Position numbers and translations under genes: made by a program. From Protoeuglena noctilucae (taxonomy: Eukaryota), in the NCBI GenBank assembly GCA_958009085.1, contig OY253680.1, positions 558,001 through 622,000 of the forward strand: 64,000 bases of DNA. The letters run 5' to 3'. Positions 11,944-32,382 of this stretch are shown here, piece after piece (positions within the stretch are counted from its first letter, which is position 1; every line of letters starts with the position of its first letter). Below the pieces are notes generated by a model. It was not told the origin of the DNA and ran no database searches. It was given only the letters and a program-made list of their open reading frames with translations.

Positions 11944-13492
11944 TCACAGCGCCCCCACTGCCTCGCTAACCAGGGCTAGCCACCGCTGGTGGAGAGTGTC
12001 GAGGGCGGGAGTCGAGTCGGCGGGGTCAACCTCGAGGCAATCCACTCCCAGGGCCTCGCACTCGCGCCGCAGGTAGCTGGCCACCTTCGCCATGCCGACC
12101 GAGACCCTCGTAGCGGGTTCTTGGCCCCCACCTGCGGCATACACGTGTCAGCTCCGGTCAATAGCGACATTATCCGACTGCGCGATCCCAGCCGTCTTAG
12201 AGCCACACACTGCGCCGGTATGCGATGTCGGCCTCGCCTGCATCGGTGCCTGCCAGGAGGAGGCACGGCATGACAATGGGGCTCCTGCCGCTCCTCTCTG
12301 ACGGGGGGCTATAACCGACGCTGGGTTCGCCTGGGTCATGTCCGTGCTCTCGCGAAGGCCCAGAGTGCTCGCCGCGGCCGCTGCCGCCCTGGCCGCCGGC
12401 ATCGGTGCCACCGGGGCCATGCCCAAGGGCAGGTCCCCAGCCGAGGTCCCTCGCCACCTCCGTCACCTGCCGCAGCATGGCTGCGGGATCCATGCCCGTG
12501 CCCTCAAATATGACGCACTTCCCATCCCTCAGCGCCTTCTCCAGCTCCCCGCGCATTGCCTGCGCAATGGCTTGGCCCTCACGCCGGAATCGATCCACCA
12601 CGTCCTCCCCAGAGCTGCTCGCATCTTCCCATGGAGGAACTTCGCCGAACCCCATGGACCCTGCCAACGCAGCGCGAGATGCACTGCAGTCAGGCGCGCA
12701 CGTCACGCAGCACGCCAGCCTCGCCACGATGACGGCCTGCGCTGGGGAACTCGCGTGGGCTGAGGCGGTCACCTGAAGCACGCAGCACGTCTGCCATGAG
12801 GTCCACGTGAACCACGTGGGGCATGTTGAGGCGGGAGGCAAGCTGCATGGCGACGCCCGTCCCGCCCGGCAGGGGCGGGCCGAACAGCAGGGCGACCAGT
12901 GGGATTCGCTGCCGGTGGAAGGCATCGATCAGACGGTAGCGGTCCAGGAAGACTCGCCCGAAGCCCCTGCGAGCATAGACCACAGCACGGCGCATGTGCC
13001 AGCACAAACTCCCAGGTCCACGCCCCGCCTCTCGCTACACCATCTCCACCAACGCTCCTGGACTGCCAGAGAGTCAGCTTTTGCGGGCAGCACGCACCGA
13101 GACGACAGGAGGCGGAAGAGGTGGTGCTCGAGGTCCGCTTGGCTCAACTCCGAGAGCCCCTCGTCCACGAGGTGCTTTTTCAGCGCGAGAGAGACATTCA
13201 CCGCCTCATCCGCAGGGACTTGCGTCGCTGTCAGCCTCCGAGATACGAGGAATCTGCTTGGGCACAACACATGAGGGCCAGGTGGGTCTGGCCCTTGTGT
13301 CAGCCGAGCCGCGCGTCGGAAGGATGGGTGCGGATCCATCAGGGGGTCGCGACATCAGCATGGCACCCATACTTGACCGCACACGGTCGCATCTCGCCTG
13401 GATAGCACGTAGTGGTGCGTACCGTCCAGCCAGACCTTGACCTTGACGTTGTCGTATTTCGCGTCTTGTTTAGGAGATTTCCCCGACATCAT
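11944..13492 (-). CDS. 2-phosphoglycerate-kinase-like / LPA1-related P-loop protein with degenerate Walker A
   Basis: KYDNVKVKVWL..HYVLSR|FLVSRRLT, LALKKHLVD, SQADLE, FHRQRIPLVALLFG, QLASRLNMPHV, GKCVIFEG match the plant 2-PGK-like family as I recall it. Confidence 0.8.
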
Positions 13493-13630
13493 CTCCTTTG
13501 TCGCTGCCTATATACCCCGCATCGCCACCGTTCGGGTCAGGGCGACCTCCTCAGCGCGGCGCATTCCGCCCCGACCTCTGCCCCAGCGCCCCGCGCCGTC
13601 ACGCCCGATGCCGCGCGTTCTCTGGCACAG

Positions 13631-15492
13631 ATGGGGAGACTTGTGATTGCGACGACATCCTGCACAGGCGAGACTCCAAGACACGGGCCCTGTCTTGCGC
13701 CAGTCACGGCCGGCAGCGCAACCGCATCCAGGCCTCCCGCAGCTGGAGTCAACGAGCGATCCAGAGGCTTCCTGGGTAGCAGCTATGAGCCAAAAAATCC
13801 AACCGCGAAGTCGCGCGCCGGGCTGCGTGCGCCCCCTCGCGCGGTCCCCACGCGAAAGGCGAGCGCAGAGGCGCTCGGCTGAGCTTGAGCCATTTCCTCT
13901 TTCGGCGTCATTGACGATGCCGCCGCTTCCGTCGTCTGCGCAGGTGGGCTCGAGCGACCTGTCGCTGTCGAGCTTGTGCTTGGGCACCATGATGATGGGC
14001 GAGCAGCTGAGCCGGGCCGAGTCCGTGGCGCTGCTCTCCGCGGCCTGGGAGTTGGGCGTGACAACGTTCGACTCTGCGGAGATGTACCCCATCCCCCAGC
14101 GCGCGGCCACCCAGGGCGACAGCGAGCGCATCCTGGGGGCCTTCTTGAAGAACGTGCCGCGGGAGCGCGCGCAGGTGCGGCACGGGGCCAAATGCGTGCT
14201 AAAGCAGGCTCTTGGGAGCAAGTAAGGCACTGGGTGGATATCCAATTCCCTCGCAGGTTTGCACCAAGGTGACGGGACCCTCGGGGCAGATGACGTGGAT
14301 AAGGGGCGGGCCGCCCTGCGTCGACGCTGCTGCGATCACCGCGGCAGTGGACGGCAGCCTTCGCCGCCTGGGGACGGACTACATCGACTTGTTCCAAATA
14401 CACTGGTGGGCAGCAGCAAGGCCCCATGGTCGGGGGGCAGCAATTGCTTCTTTCTCAGCACCAGCACCAGAGGCCCCTTTGTCGTGCACCTGTGTTCGCA
14501 GGCCTGATCGCTACGTGCCCATGTTTGGGGATGTCGACTACGACCCCCGCTTCCGAGTGACTTCCACGCCGCTGGAGGAGCAGCTGGAGGCATTGCAAAG
14601 AGCGGTTGGTGAGAATCATGCTTGTTTCTTGCTTCCACAGCAATATCTCAGCAATACGTGGGAGGTATTTGCTTCACAACGGCAGCGTGAGGGAACGTGT
14701 GTGGGCACTACCCTTCCCCGCAGATGCTGGCAAGGTGCAGCACGTGGGCCTCAGCAACGAGACGCCGTTTGGAGTCATGCGCTGCGCCGAGGCCGCGCGG
14801 CTCGCGGGTTCGCGTGCGGCGCGGGTCGTCTCCTTGCAGAACGCCTACAGTCTGACGTGCCGCACGGCGGAGCAGGGTCTCGTGGAGTGCTGCCTTGAAG
14901 AGGGTGTGGGGCTGCTTGCCTACAGCCCGCTCGCTATGGGACTGCTCACGGGCAAGTACCTGGAGGGCATGGGGAGGGAACGTGGACAGATCAGGGTAGC
15001 TGGCGTGACGGGCCAAGCCTCTTCACGGGAGAGTGGCACTCAGGAGCGGTGGCGGTGGGGCGGACCCCAGAACGCACGGCTCAACGTCTACAGGCGAGTG
15101 CGTGTAGTGGGAGCAAGCACGCGGTGGGAGCTGGATGCTGGACGCGAGTCAGCATTTGGGCTACCCATGAAAGGGGCTTCGGTCACAGCTCGTCCTTACG
15201 CATGCGCAGGGGCCGGTACGCGGAGGGCGAGGCGAGGTACGGGCCGCGAGACAGCGTGGTGCGGGCTGTGCGGGCGTACCGTGCCGTGGCGGAGGAGTCG
15301 AGGCTGAGTATGACCGAGTTGGCTTTGAGGTTCGTGCTAGGTCGGCCGTACGTGAGCACAGCCATCGTGGGGGCTTCCACGCCCGAGCAACTGCGGGAGC
15401 TCGTCCGGGCCTGCGAGGCGGGGCCGCTTGACGAGGAGACGCTCGAGCGCATTGACGAGGTGCACCGGGAGATTCCCAATCCCACGCCTTGA
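13631..15492 (+). CDS. Aldo-keto reductase, Tas-like, with probable transit peptide
   Basis: VPTRK|VGSSDL..LCLGTM, FDSAEMYP, TKV, DYIDLFQIHW|PDRYVPMFG, GLSNETP, SLQNAYSL, LLAYSPLAMGLLTGKY. Confidence 0.92.
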
Positions 15493-15627
15493 TCGTGATG
15501 TGCCAGTGAGGGGCCACTTGAAACGCCCGTCGCAAGTTGCTTGTGCGGAGGCCCTGACTGGGAATCTCTGCATGTCTGCGGTAGCCTCACGAGCCTGGAG
15601 ACGGGCAGGCGACGCGCGGGGCCCAAG

Positions 15628-18189
15628 ATGTCTCCCGTCGAGTGGACCTGGGTCGTTGCCGCGCCCTCCGCGCTATCAGGCAGCTCCGCGATCGCAGCGG
15701 TGCTTGCATTGGCGATAGTTCTGGCTGTTATTGCCTGGTGGTTGCGGCGGGAGCCGACGAGGCAGGCGCACGGGCACGAGTTCCCTCCGTGCGTCCCGGG
15801 CCTGCCGCTCTTGGGGAACGCCGTGGCTCTGGGTGTCGGCCACGCTTCGTTTATCCACGAGTGAGGCGAAGCTAGCTTTGTACGGGGAAATCGATGGCAG
15901 GTCACCCGCGGCAGTCCTCATCCGTCGCATGCATGTGTCGCGACTCAGAAGCCAGCGCATCCTGCCCCCCATACGCCCTCAGCTGCCGCAAGAAGTACGG
16001 CGATGCCTACACTCTCAACGTGCTTGGCCGGGAGATGACGTTCCTCCACGATCCCAAGGACCTGGAGACGTTTTTTGGGGCCCCAAGCGACCGGATCGCC
16101 TTCCAGCCTGCCGTCGAGCAGTGGACGTTTGTGAGTCGTCAAATGAGTTGTCAGATTGTAGAACTTCCACCTCACCCATCCTCTCCCGCTTGTCTCACCT
16201 CACGGCATCGTCTCGGCATGCAGCGCATCTTTGGCGTGGACTCGGATGAGTTCTTCCCCAACCACCACCACGTCCTGCACTTCCTGCGATCCTCCTTCAC
16301 CCCGAGCGCCTTGCCGTCCATCCTGCTCCCCATGGCGAACAGCGCGCTGCGGCACGTGGACGAGCTGCTCCTCCCGAGCGGAAAGGTGAGAGCTCACAGA
16401 GCATCCTGTCTGATGCCAAGTGCTCCAGGTCTGCCTACTCTCTGTTCGCGAATGCCGATGACTCAAAGTCTATGCAGGAGGCCACGCGCACCGTCGACTT
16501 CGTCACCGCCACTCGGGACATCCTCCTGCTGTCCGGTCTCGAGTCGGTCTTAGGGTGAGCTCCTGCCTGCTAACCGTGTTGATCCCTCGTTTGCCCTTGC
16601 CCACCCTCCATACCTGTACCGAGCCCAATACCTCCCAGTATCAGCATCGCTGCCCTGCGCTGTCAGCTGCAGCTCATCCAAACCACCCCCGCAGTGGCCG
16701 CTTCCTGGACCGTTTCCAGCCCCGCGGCCTCGCCTCCCACTTCCTGACCTTCGAGGCGGCGTTCGAGATCGCTGCCTCGCCGCTGCCCCACGCCCTGCAG
16801 CCGGGTTTCACGTCCGCCAAGCGCGCCCTCCTCGCCATCTTCGCCGAAGCCGTGCGCGACGACCTCCTGAAGGGCACTCTGGCCCAGGGCTTGCTGGAGC
16901 ACAGCAACATGGGGCCAACCACGTGGCCCCATGTGCTCCTGACGCTGCTGTGGGCTTCCCAGGCCAACACGGCTGCGTCGCTCTTCTGGTGCGTGGCGTT
17001 CCTGCTTCTCCCGGAGAATCAGCGCTACAGGGACCGGGTGCTGAGGGACGTGTGCGGGGCGATGCGTGCGGGGGACGCGTGGAGAGCGCGTGAGGAGGCG
17101 AAGCGGGGCGAGGGGGCGAAGGTGGAGGGTGGGGAGGGCGGGGCAGACGTTCGTGCCACGCTGGCCAGTGCGACTCGTGAAGATGTCGCCAAAGTGAGGG
17201 GTGCCACACGCGTTGCCATTTCTCTTGCCATTGCTGCACAGCACGTGTCACCTGGCAGATTCCAGTTGAGATGTCGGGCTGTTGCTCTAGTTGCTGCCAC
17301 TTCCTGCACCCGCAGGCCTGCGTGCGCGTGGCTGCGGACCGCCTCAGCTTCGTGCACGCGTGCAACCAAGAGTCCCTTCGCCTGAGGGCCCCGGGCATGG
17401 CGGTGCGCATGGCAGGCGTCGACCAGCCCCTGCACGCAAGAGCCCCGGCGAGCACCAGCACCGCGCACGAGTCTGGAGATGTGCAGGACGAAGCCAACAA
17501 AGGGGACAGTGTGCCGATGTTTGTGCCCCGGGGTCGATACCTGGCCATCATGCCCTGCGAACTGCACCTGGATCCGCGGTACTTCCCGGACAGGCCCTGG
17601 GTGTACGACCCGGAGAGGGAGCCGTGGCGGTGGGCTGGGAACAGGCGAGGCGGCGCGGGCAGCGGCGGCAGTGACGACGTGAGATGTGGTGACCCATCAG
17701 CATGACGCCTGTGTGACTGTCTCTCCGCTCCGTGGTCGCGTTTGCAGGGAGGCAATGCAGCGGGTGCCAGGCCCCAACGGGCTCGGGGGCGTGGTGTTCG
17801 GTGGCGGGGAGTACCGGTGCCCGGGTCGTTTCTTTGCGGAAGCAGAGTTGGCGTTACTGGTGCTGCTGGTGTTGGTCGAGTGCGACGTGGAGCTTCCCAA
17901 AGCCAAGGGGGCCGAGTCTGCGACCAGTGCGGGGGCTAGCAAAGGCCAGCGCGCGCGGGGATGGTGGAGCCAGAGGGTGGGTGCGGGGCTGCCGGCGCAT
18001 GTGCGGCTGGCGATGAGGGAGTGCGGGGAGGAGGCGGGTGCAGAGGCGTGGCGTGGGGAGGCGGGGGACCCGGGCGGGGTGCTGCCTGGCATGGATCTGA
18101 CGCGGCTTGTTGGGATGAAGAAGCCATTGGGGCGGTGGGATGTGCGGGTGACGCAGGCGCGTGGGGTGTCTGGCAATGGGGAAGGTTAG
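15628..18189 (+). CDS. Cytochrome P450, CYP7/CYP39 (clan 7)-like
   Basis: N-terminal TM anchor, PPCVPGLPLLG hinge, I-helix LLWASQANT, ExxR (ESLR), heme motif FGGGEYRCPGRFFA. Confidence 0.9.
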
Positions 18190-18399
18190 GCTCACAGCAA
18201 ATGTGTGCTGTGACGTGGCGGTGTGCGGGGTGACAGATAGACGCTGCACGGTGCCGTTGGTCGTGATTCCCGATGTAGATTAAAAAGGCTTCTCCTGTGT
18301 CTGATTCCATAGCCAGCGCGCTCGCACCGACAATAGCCATGGCACTAGTTACGGCTACCGGCGTAAACTTTGAGAAAAAGCTCGTCAGCACCAGTCGCC

Positions 18400-20439
18400 T
18401 CACAGCGTGGTGTCCATGGGGTACGACCCCAGCACCCGCAAGAAGGGCGCGATCTCCTGGAGGTTGCGGAGGGCGTTCTGGCACTCCTGCTGCGCTAACG
18501 TGCCCACGAAGTCGACGTAGAAGAGGTAGTTGTACCTGCGAGGGGACAAACTCGCACGTCCATGCGATAGGACGCTGCAGTGCGTCACATCAGAGCAAGT
18601 GGCGGCAAGGGATCACAGCTCTGGTGTGGTGAGACCTGGGAATGCACAACACTTACGACGCAATCAGCGCCGTATCTCTTCATGCGAGCAGCCCTTGCCC
18701 CTGCCCCTCACCTCCGGGTCGTGTCGGCCGTCTTGGTGGAGGTGGTGACGAACGGGTTGGTGCGCATGGGCCGGGACTCGATCTTCGTCATGTCGATGTC
18801 CCGCAGCGCAAACACGGACAGCGCCTTGAAGAGCTGCCCCGGGCCCTCCTGCAGGCGCGACCCCCGTATCGATGTCAACCACCGCGATCGTCATGCCACC
18901 ACGGCAGGCTTACAAGCAGGGGCCGTCATGGTCGCGCTACTCAAGACGACTCGCCTTGAGAGAGAAGACGATGGAGGTCTTCATGGGCACGAGGGGCTTG
19001 TCCATCTCGGCGTGCACCAGCGGGTCTCGCGACAGCACGATGAAGCGCGTCACGTTGTCCTTGTTGTCCTGGATGTCCTCCTTCAGGATGTTGAGTCCGT
19101 AGAGCTGCGATCAAAGAGACAGATGACGTCAGCGGGACCGAGCCAAGGCCGCGTGCATGCATGTGGGCAAGCGTGGCGGTGCGGGCGGAGTAAACGTGTC
19201 ACGGTGTTCATCACCTGGGCAGCCCTTCGGGAGGCAATGGCGGCGGCATCCCGCAGATTCTGCCGCGCAATGTCCTGCGCTGCGCCTGCGGTGTCGTCCA
19301 CGGCCTCGCGGCGCACGCTGGGCATGGCACGCAGGAACTGGTCGCTGCGAGGGCGAGCAGGAGAGCGCACTGGTTGGGATGCGATGCGGCGGGTCCACTC
19401 CATAAAGCCAGGCGCACAGCCATGTGGATGCACCGACGTGTTGCCGGTGCAGCTAAGGGTATCACAGGCTGTGCAGTGCTCAAGTGTGATGGAATGTGCC
19501 TGCATGCTCACCACTGGGCGAGGGCCTGAGGGTGGCTCAAACACCGGCGGACGTCCTTCAGCTCTACGCCGGGCAGGGCCATGAGGCAGTGGTTCACCTC
19601 CACCGTCACCTGCGGGCGCCCGCAGAGCCGGCTGTGTCACGCACACACGCTGGCAGGTCACAGCTCGGTGTAGAACCTCGCATTCCCTTCGCCGCCAAGG
19701 CGAAGCCAGTTCGTCGGCTAACAAATGAGAAGCTGCTGCGCACCTCGCCGACGATGTGAAGCCGGTAGCGAAGGAGGAGGTCGTAGACAGCGTGGATGGA
19801 GCCGCCGAGGGAGTTCTCGATGGGCAAGACGCCGCGCTCGGCCATCCACTGGCTCAGGGCCTGAAAGGCCGTCTCGAACTGCTCGCAGGGCAGCGTCTCC
19901 CATCCGGGACACGCCTTGAGGGCTGCACCCTCTGAATAGGCACCCGGGACACCCTGCGGGCGGCGTGGAGGGTCAGCTGCCGTCATGTGCAGTCCCGCGC
20001 CGCGACGATCAGGTGGAAATAGGATTCGCACAGGTGGTGGGCCCCCGGGTCGGGCGCCAGAGGCCGCGGAGAGCGCAGGAGGCTGCATTACGTGACCGCA
20101 GGGGTTCCGAAGAGCAGCAGCGCACCTGGTAGGCGACGACGAGGGGCGAGCCGGTGGACGACTTGACCTTATCTACGTCCGTCGCCTCGTCCATGGATCC
20201 CAGGGCGGAAGACCGCACCGCGTTCCGCATGCGGCCCAGCTGTGCGGGCGTCCACAGGCCCGCGGGCAGAGCGCCGTCTCCGCCGGCCAGGGCACGAGTC
20301 TCCTGCGCTCATAGAGATGCGAGTTATGCGCTGAGTACAACGCGCGGGCGCAGGGACGCGTGACCAGGAGCGTCTGGACCCCGGCCTGTGGGACCGGCGG
20401 CCCGAGCTGTGTGCACCCGTGCCGAGGGCGGGGCGTCAT
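18400..20439 (-). CDS. ADT: Arogenate/prephenate dehydratase, plastid-targeted (start codon tentative)
   Basis: [98 protein letters not shown]. Confidence 0.95.
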
Positions 20440-21515
20440 CGCTGCAGCCTCAGTCACAGACCTCTCCTCACACCGCCCACGCACGAGGCGCAAGGCGGGT
20501 AGGTTCTCAACAACGGATATAAAGTTCGGTCTGGATCATCACCAGCTGCTCCAGGGCCGCCGCGCACCGACCGTGCACGGCAGCGCGGACATTTGAAACA
20601 AATAAAGCAATCGCGAAAGGTAAAACGCGTGTATCAAGCCGTCCGTGTGAGAGCTCGGTCCACAAGCGTGCCCCATTTTCCTGGCCCCGAATTGCGGCGT
20701 CCAGGCCGGCGATGGAGCCGTTATAGCTGTGCCAGCAGGTCATAACAACACACATCATCCCACTAACAAGGCCAATGCTTCACGAAACGCCCTCTGCGTG
20801 CGGCTCACCAGCGCGGCATCTGTTGCCTCGTCCGCCGCCTTCATGGCGCCCCTCGAGCTTCCCACCCGCACCGGTCGCTGGACCGTTGCCCTTGCCGTCC
20901 GCGAATCCCGCGCTAGAGCACAGCTACCCGTGTGCGCGGCCAGTGCAGCCACACACACGGCCATGGCGCCTCGCGTTCCCCGCGCGCCTGTCCCCAATCG
21001 GTCTCCAATCGGCAGCAGCGAGACCCACGGATGGACAGCAGGACGCGAGAACTGGCGAATAGTTGCACGGCGGCGACAGCAACAGCGAGGACGCCGTGAT
21101 CTGGCACCGGGAACGACTGGCAGATTTTCTGAACCGCAGACTTCGAGATGAGGGGGGCGGGTCTTCGTTTCCGTACCTTCGTAAGTATGTCTTGTAGTCG
21201 GGCATGGCATAGTGACCCAAGGTATCACCGGTGACTGCTTTCGGCCCAGCGTGCACTCCGCCCCCTTGTTTAGCGATTGGCCGCGCCTCCGACCCACCGT
21301 TCGACAGACGTCGTCCTCCTGCGTTGTCTGTCAGCACATCTCTGCCAGCGGCTGTTTCCGCGTGGCTGCAGAGGCAGTGTCAATCGAGACGAGCCCCGCG
21401 GCTCGCTTGCTGGTGCTGCCTTCCTTGCTGCCAAATCTGTCGCCGGGCCTCTGGGCCGCCACGATAGGCGTGCCTCGCCAGGACAGGGCGCGTGCACGGG
21501 CCTCCCAGCGTGGGC

Positions 21516-25799
<4,284 letters not shown>

Positions 25800-25985
25800 C
25801 ACCGGGCTGTCTTTTCTTGATCGTTGCTCAGTCGGCAAGTGTTGACACTCGACCGTGCTATTGAATGCTCTGTCCCCATGCTTCAATGGGCCCGCGTCTG
25901 TCGATGTGCGTGTGACATGCAACTCGGACCCAACCATAGATGCCTGCCGGTCGCTGGCTAGCACGTGACGAAACATGACACGCCC

Positions 25986-27651
<1,666 letters not shown>

Positions 27652-27971
27652 TCACGTCCCCGCCCAAGCCGCGCCCGCGGGCCTAGCTGGGTGTGCTCTG
27701 TCCGTGCCCGCGAGTAGTTCTACGCCCTGCCCGAGACGACGGTCTCTGCCTGCGTCGCTGCCTGATGCCCGCCCGTGTTCTTTGCAAAGACAGCAACAGC
27801 TAGAGGCGCAGGGACAGCCCAGGCACTCAAGGACGTCTGGCGTTTCTGGCAAGCGCAGCATCGCCAGTCTCCGCCCCGATATCGACCCCCGCGCCTGGCT
27901 CCACACGGTCCTTTCCACCGCACCCATCCACGTCCTGCCGCTGCCGTGGCCGCGTCTCGGGTGGTTTCGGC

Positions 27972-29392
<1,421 letters not shown>

Positions 29393-29695
29393 GGCGGCGC
29401 TGCAGGGGGCGCAGGTGCCCGGGACCTGGCGGCCGCAGTCGGTCGCCGGGAGGGCCGAGCGCCACGGGGTTGTGGAGCAGGGCGTAGCTGGGGCTCGTCG
29501 TCACTGCGTGGTCCGTTTGCCCTCGGCACGGCGCCCGGTGCGATTGAAGTCGCTGAGGATGACACTATGCGTTCAACGAGCGCGGCGCTGGCGCTGGCGA
29601 GGCAGCATGCACACGTATGTGACCACCGACGGCGCCGGCGGGCGAGGCGCAGGACTTATGCAGGCAGTGCGGCCGTGGACACAAGCAGGGCCTCA

Positions 29696-31585
29696 TCACT
29701 CCTGTCCCTCAGCCGCGTCCTCGGCAGCCGCGCCCTTGCCCTCCGCGGGTTCGGCCTCGGCACCCTCAGGAGCGTCTGCCTCAGCGGCCTCCTGCTCTGC
29801 AGCCTCCTCTGCAGCATCAGCGCCTTCCTCCGCGGCGCCTTCAGGAGCGGCGTCCCCGGGGTGACCCTCTCCCTCAGCGGCACCCGCGGCGCCATCGCCC
29901 TGCGCCTCGGCAGGCCCGTCACCGCCCTCAGCGCCGCCCTCCTGCTCCGCCTCCGGTGCTTGCTCCGCCTCCACCGGCGCCGACTCCCCGACGATGTGCC
30001 CGCCCTCCGCCTGGCGAATGCGGGCGTTCTCGGCCTGCAATTGCGGCAGAAGTTAGCGCAATGGCATGGCGCGACCTCAGCTGAGCCAGCTACTCGCCAC
30101 GGTGCGCTGCGACGCCACGCGCATGTCGTGCAGCATCGCCCGCAACCCTTCACCCACCTCGGCGTCCTCCGCTGCCTGCAGATCCTGCTCCTCCTTCTGC
30201 AGCTCCTTCTCCCGCCTGTCAATGTCCTCCTTCATGGCATCCACGCGCTTGCGTGCCAGCATGCCACGGCCAGCGGCCTGGATGCGCACCGCGGCCTTCT
30301 CCAGCTGCGGGAACGCGAGAAGCGATGCATGGAGTGCATGGCCAACCCTGCTCGACCGCCGATCCGTCGACCGTTTGGGTGATCAATCAATCCATTCCCA
30401 GGCAGGAGCGCTCTGCCGCCACGTCAGCGCTGCCCCACCTCCTCGACCTCCTTCTTGTCCTTCTCGAGGGCGGCGCGCTTGTTGGCCAGCCGCCGGCGCG
30501 CGAGGGTGCCCCGGATGTGCGCCTGGATCTTGACGGCGCTCTGCTCCATGAGCTCAATGTCGACGGCCTGGTGGCGCACGAAGCCGCTCTCGTCGTCCAC
30601 CAGGTCCTCCGGGAGAGGAAACTCCTCCACCATGCGCACGCGCGGCTTGTTGGGGTTGTTGTCGAGCAGCCACGCCGACAGCCACTGAAGGGCTGCCACC
30701 TCGTCGGTCGTCGGCCGCCCCTTGCTCAGCTCCACGAGGCCCCGCGTCAGGGCCGGGCCCAGCTGCCGCTCCAGGTACGCCTTCGCCTCCAGCTTGTCCG
30801 GGACAGGGTCCACCGACACCCTGGGGAAGAAGAACTTGATCTCACGCGCCGCACTCTGCGTGTGGCGACAGGCGGGGTCGGTGGATGGAGTGAGCCGGCA
30901 ACGTCGCATGCGTGAAAAGCGGGTCATGAACTGAAGCGAGTAGCAGAGGTCAAACGTGACATACGCAAACCCGAAGCACTGCGCGTGCATCCTGCACGTA
31001 CCTCGACCGAGTCGGAGCCGTGGCAGGCGTTCCTGCGGCCGTCCGTGCCGAAGAGCGCGCGGAGGGACTTGGGAGCCGTCTCCCGGGCCTTCTCGCTGTT
31101 CGTGGGGCCCATGGCCGCGCGCCATGCGTGGATGGCGTGCGCCTTGGCCAGGCAGAGGGCGTAGATGGGGCCCGAGGTCATGAACTCCACGAGACCGGCA
31201 AAGAAGGGCTTGCCGGCATGTTCCGCGTAGAATTCCTCCGCCCGCCTCCGGGTCAGCTGCGGGCGGCGGGCGCGTCGGGCCTCGGCGCAGGGCAGGCACA
31301 TGTTGAGGGGCACCCGCGCCGCTGGTGGCCGTCCCCGTGGGCCGAGACCCCCGACACCACGGGATAAGGGAGCTATGCTGCAGGCAACGCGGTGCGCGGC
31401 AGCAGGCGCGGCGAGGAGCCCACCTGCAGGCGCTTCTTGTGGACAATCGTGAAACCGTGGTGCTCAATTAGATGCAGGATATCCCTCGCGGCCCCCGACG
31501 CCACGGCATCCGGCTTGATCAGAGCCAGCGTCTTCTCGACCTTGGGCACGTCGGCCAGCTCCTCCAGGAGCGACTGCACGGTCAT
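29696..31585 (-). CDS. NDK5: Flagellar radial spoke nucleoside diphosphate kinase (NDK + Dpy-30 + IQ motifs + acidic tail)
   Basis: EKTLALIKPDA, FYAEH, NACHGSDS, AREIKFFFP, Dpy-30-like AYLERQLGPALTRGLVEL, IQAHIRG and IQAAGRG, E/A-rich C-terminus. This is the architecture of Chlamydomonas RSP23. Confidence 0.88.
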
Positions 31586-32382
31586 GGTGCCGCCCAGTGC
31601 CCACGGCCCTCCTCCTCGCCTATGCCGTCGGCCTCCCTGCGCATGGAACGTCACCGTCATCTTTCTGCAGCTGCGCTATGCTGCCGAAGACCGCTCCGCC
31701 TCCGCAGGAGGCGGCGGGGACACGACACGGTCCGACATGTGCGCATGCCCATGCGTGGGCGCGAGACGGGCCCACGCGAGCAGCAGTGCCCCGTTCCGCA
31801 ACATCCAATCATCGCATGTCTGCTGTCGCGAGCGCGAAACAAGTGCGATGGCCTGCGAGCTCGGCTGGCACCTCGCCGGCTCGACTCCTCAGACGTTGGC
31901 CAGCCCAGCAGGTCCTCGCTCTTGAGAAACAAGTGACAAAGATTCCTGGGCCAAGCGGTTGCTGCGGCAAGGACGCTCGTCGACGAGAAATGCGGGAACG
32001 ACTGAGGTCGCAGCAAAGCAGGCTGGAAGCGCGAGGCCACCCACTGGTGAAGTGAGCTCAAAATTGCGAGTCGTGTATGCGATGGGCCGGCCGTGTACGA
32101 GGCAGGGAAAGCCCTCCTGTCAGTAAACGAATCCCAAAGCCGAGGCCGCAGTTTGCCCAAGGGTCTTCTCGATGTCGCGAGAAAGATGTGCTAGCACGAC
32201 GTTGCATTTGTTCGAGGAACGCGCTTGTCTTTTGTCGAAGCGTGACAGCTTTTGGCTGGGATCTTCCGCCTGCCCGGCCTCTCCCGCCATCGCCCCCGCC
32301 ATCGGGACCTTCTCAGACGTTTGTACCGTGGAGCGTTTGAGATCGGCGTAACGAGTCCCTTCCGCGCAATATCCGGGGGAAA

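Noticed and set aside
11222..12076. 284-aa plus-strand ORF
   Set aside because: Overlaps two minus-strand genes and their intergenic gap; no recognisable protein features.
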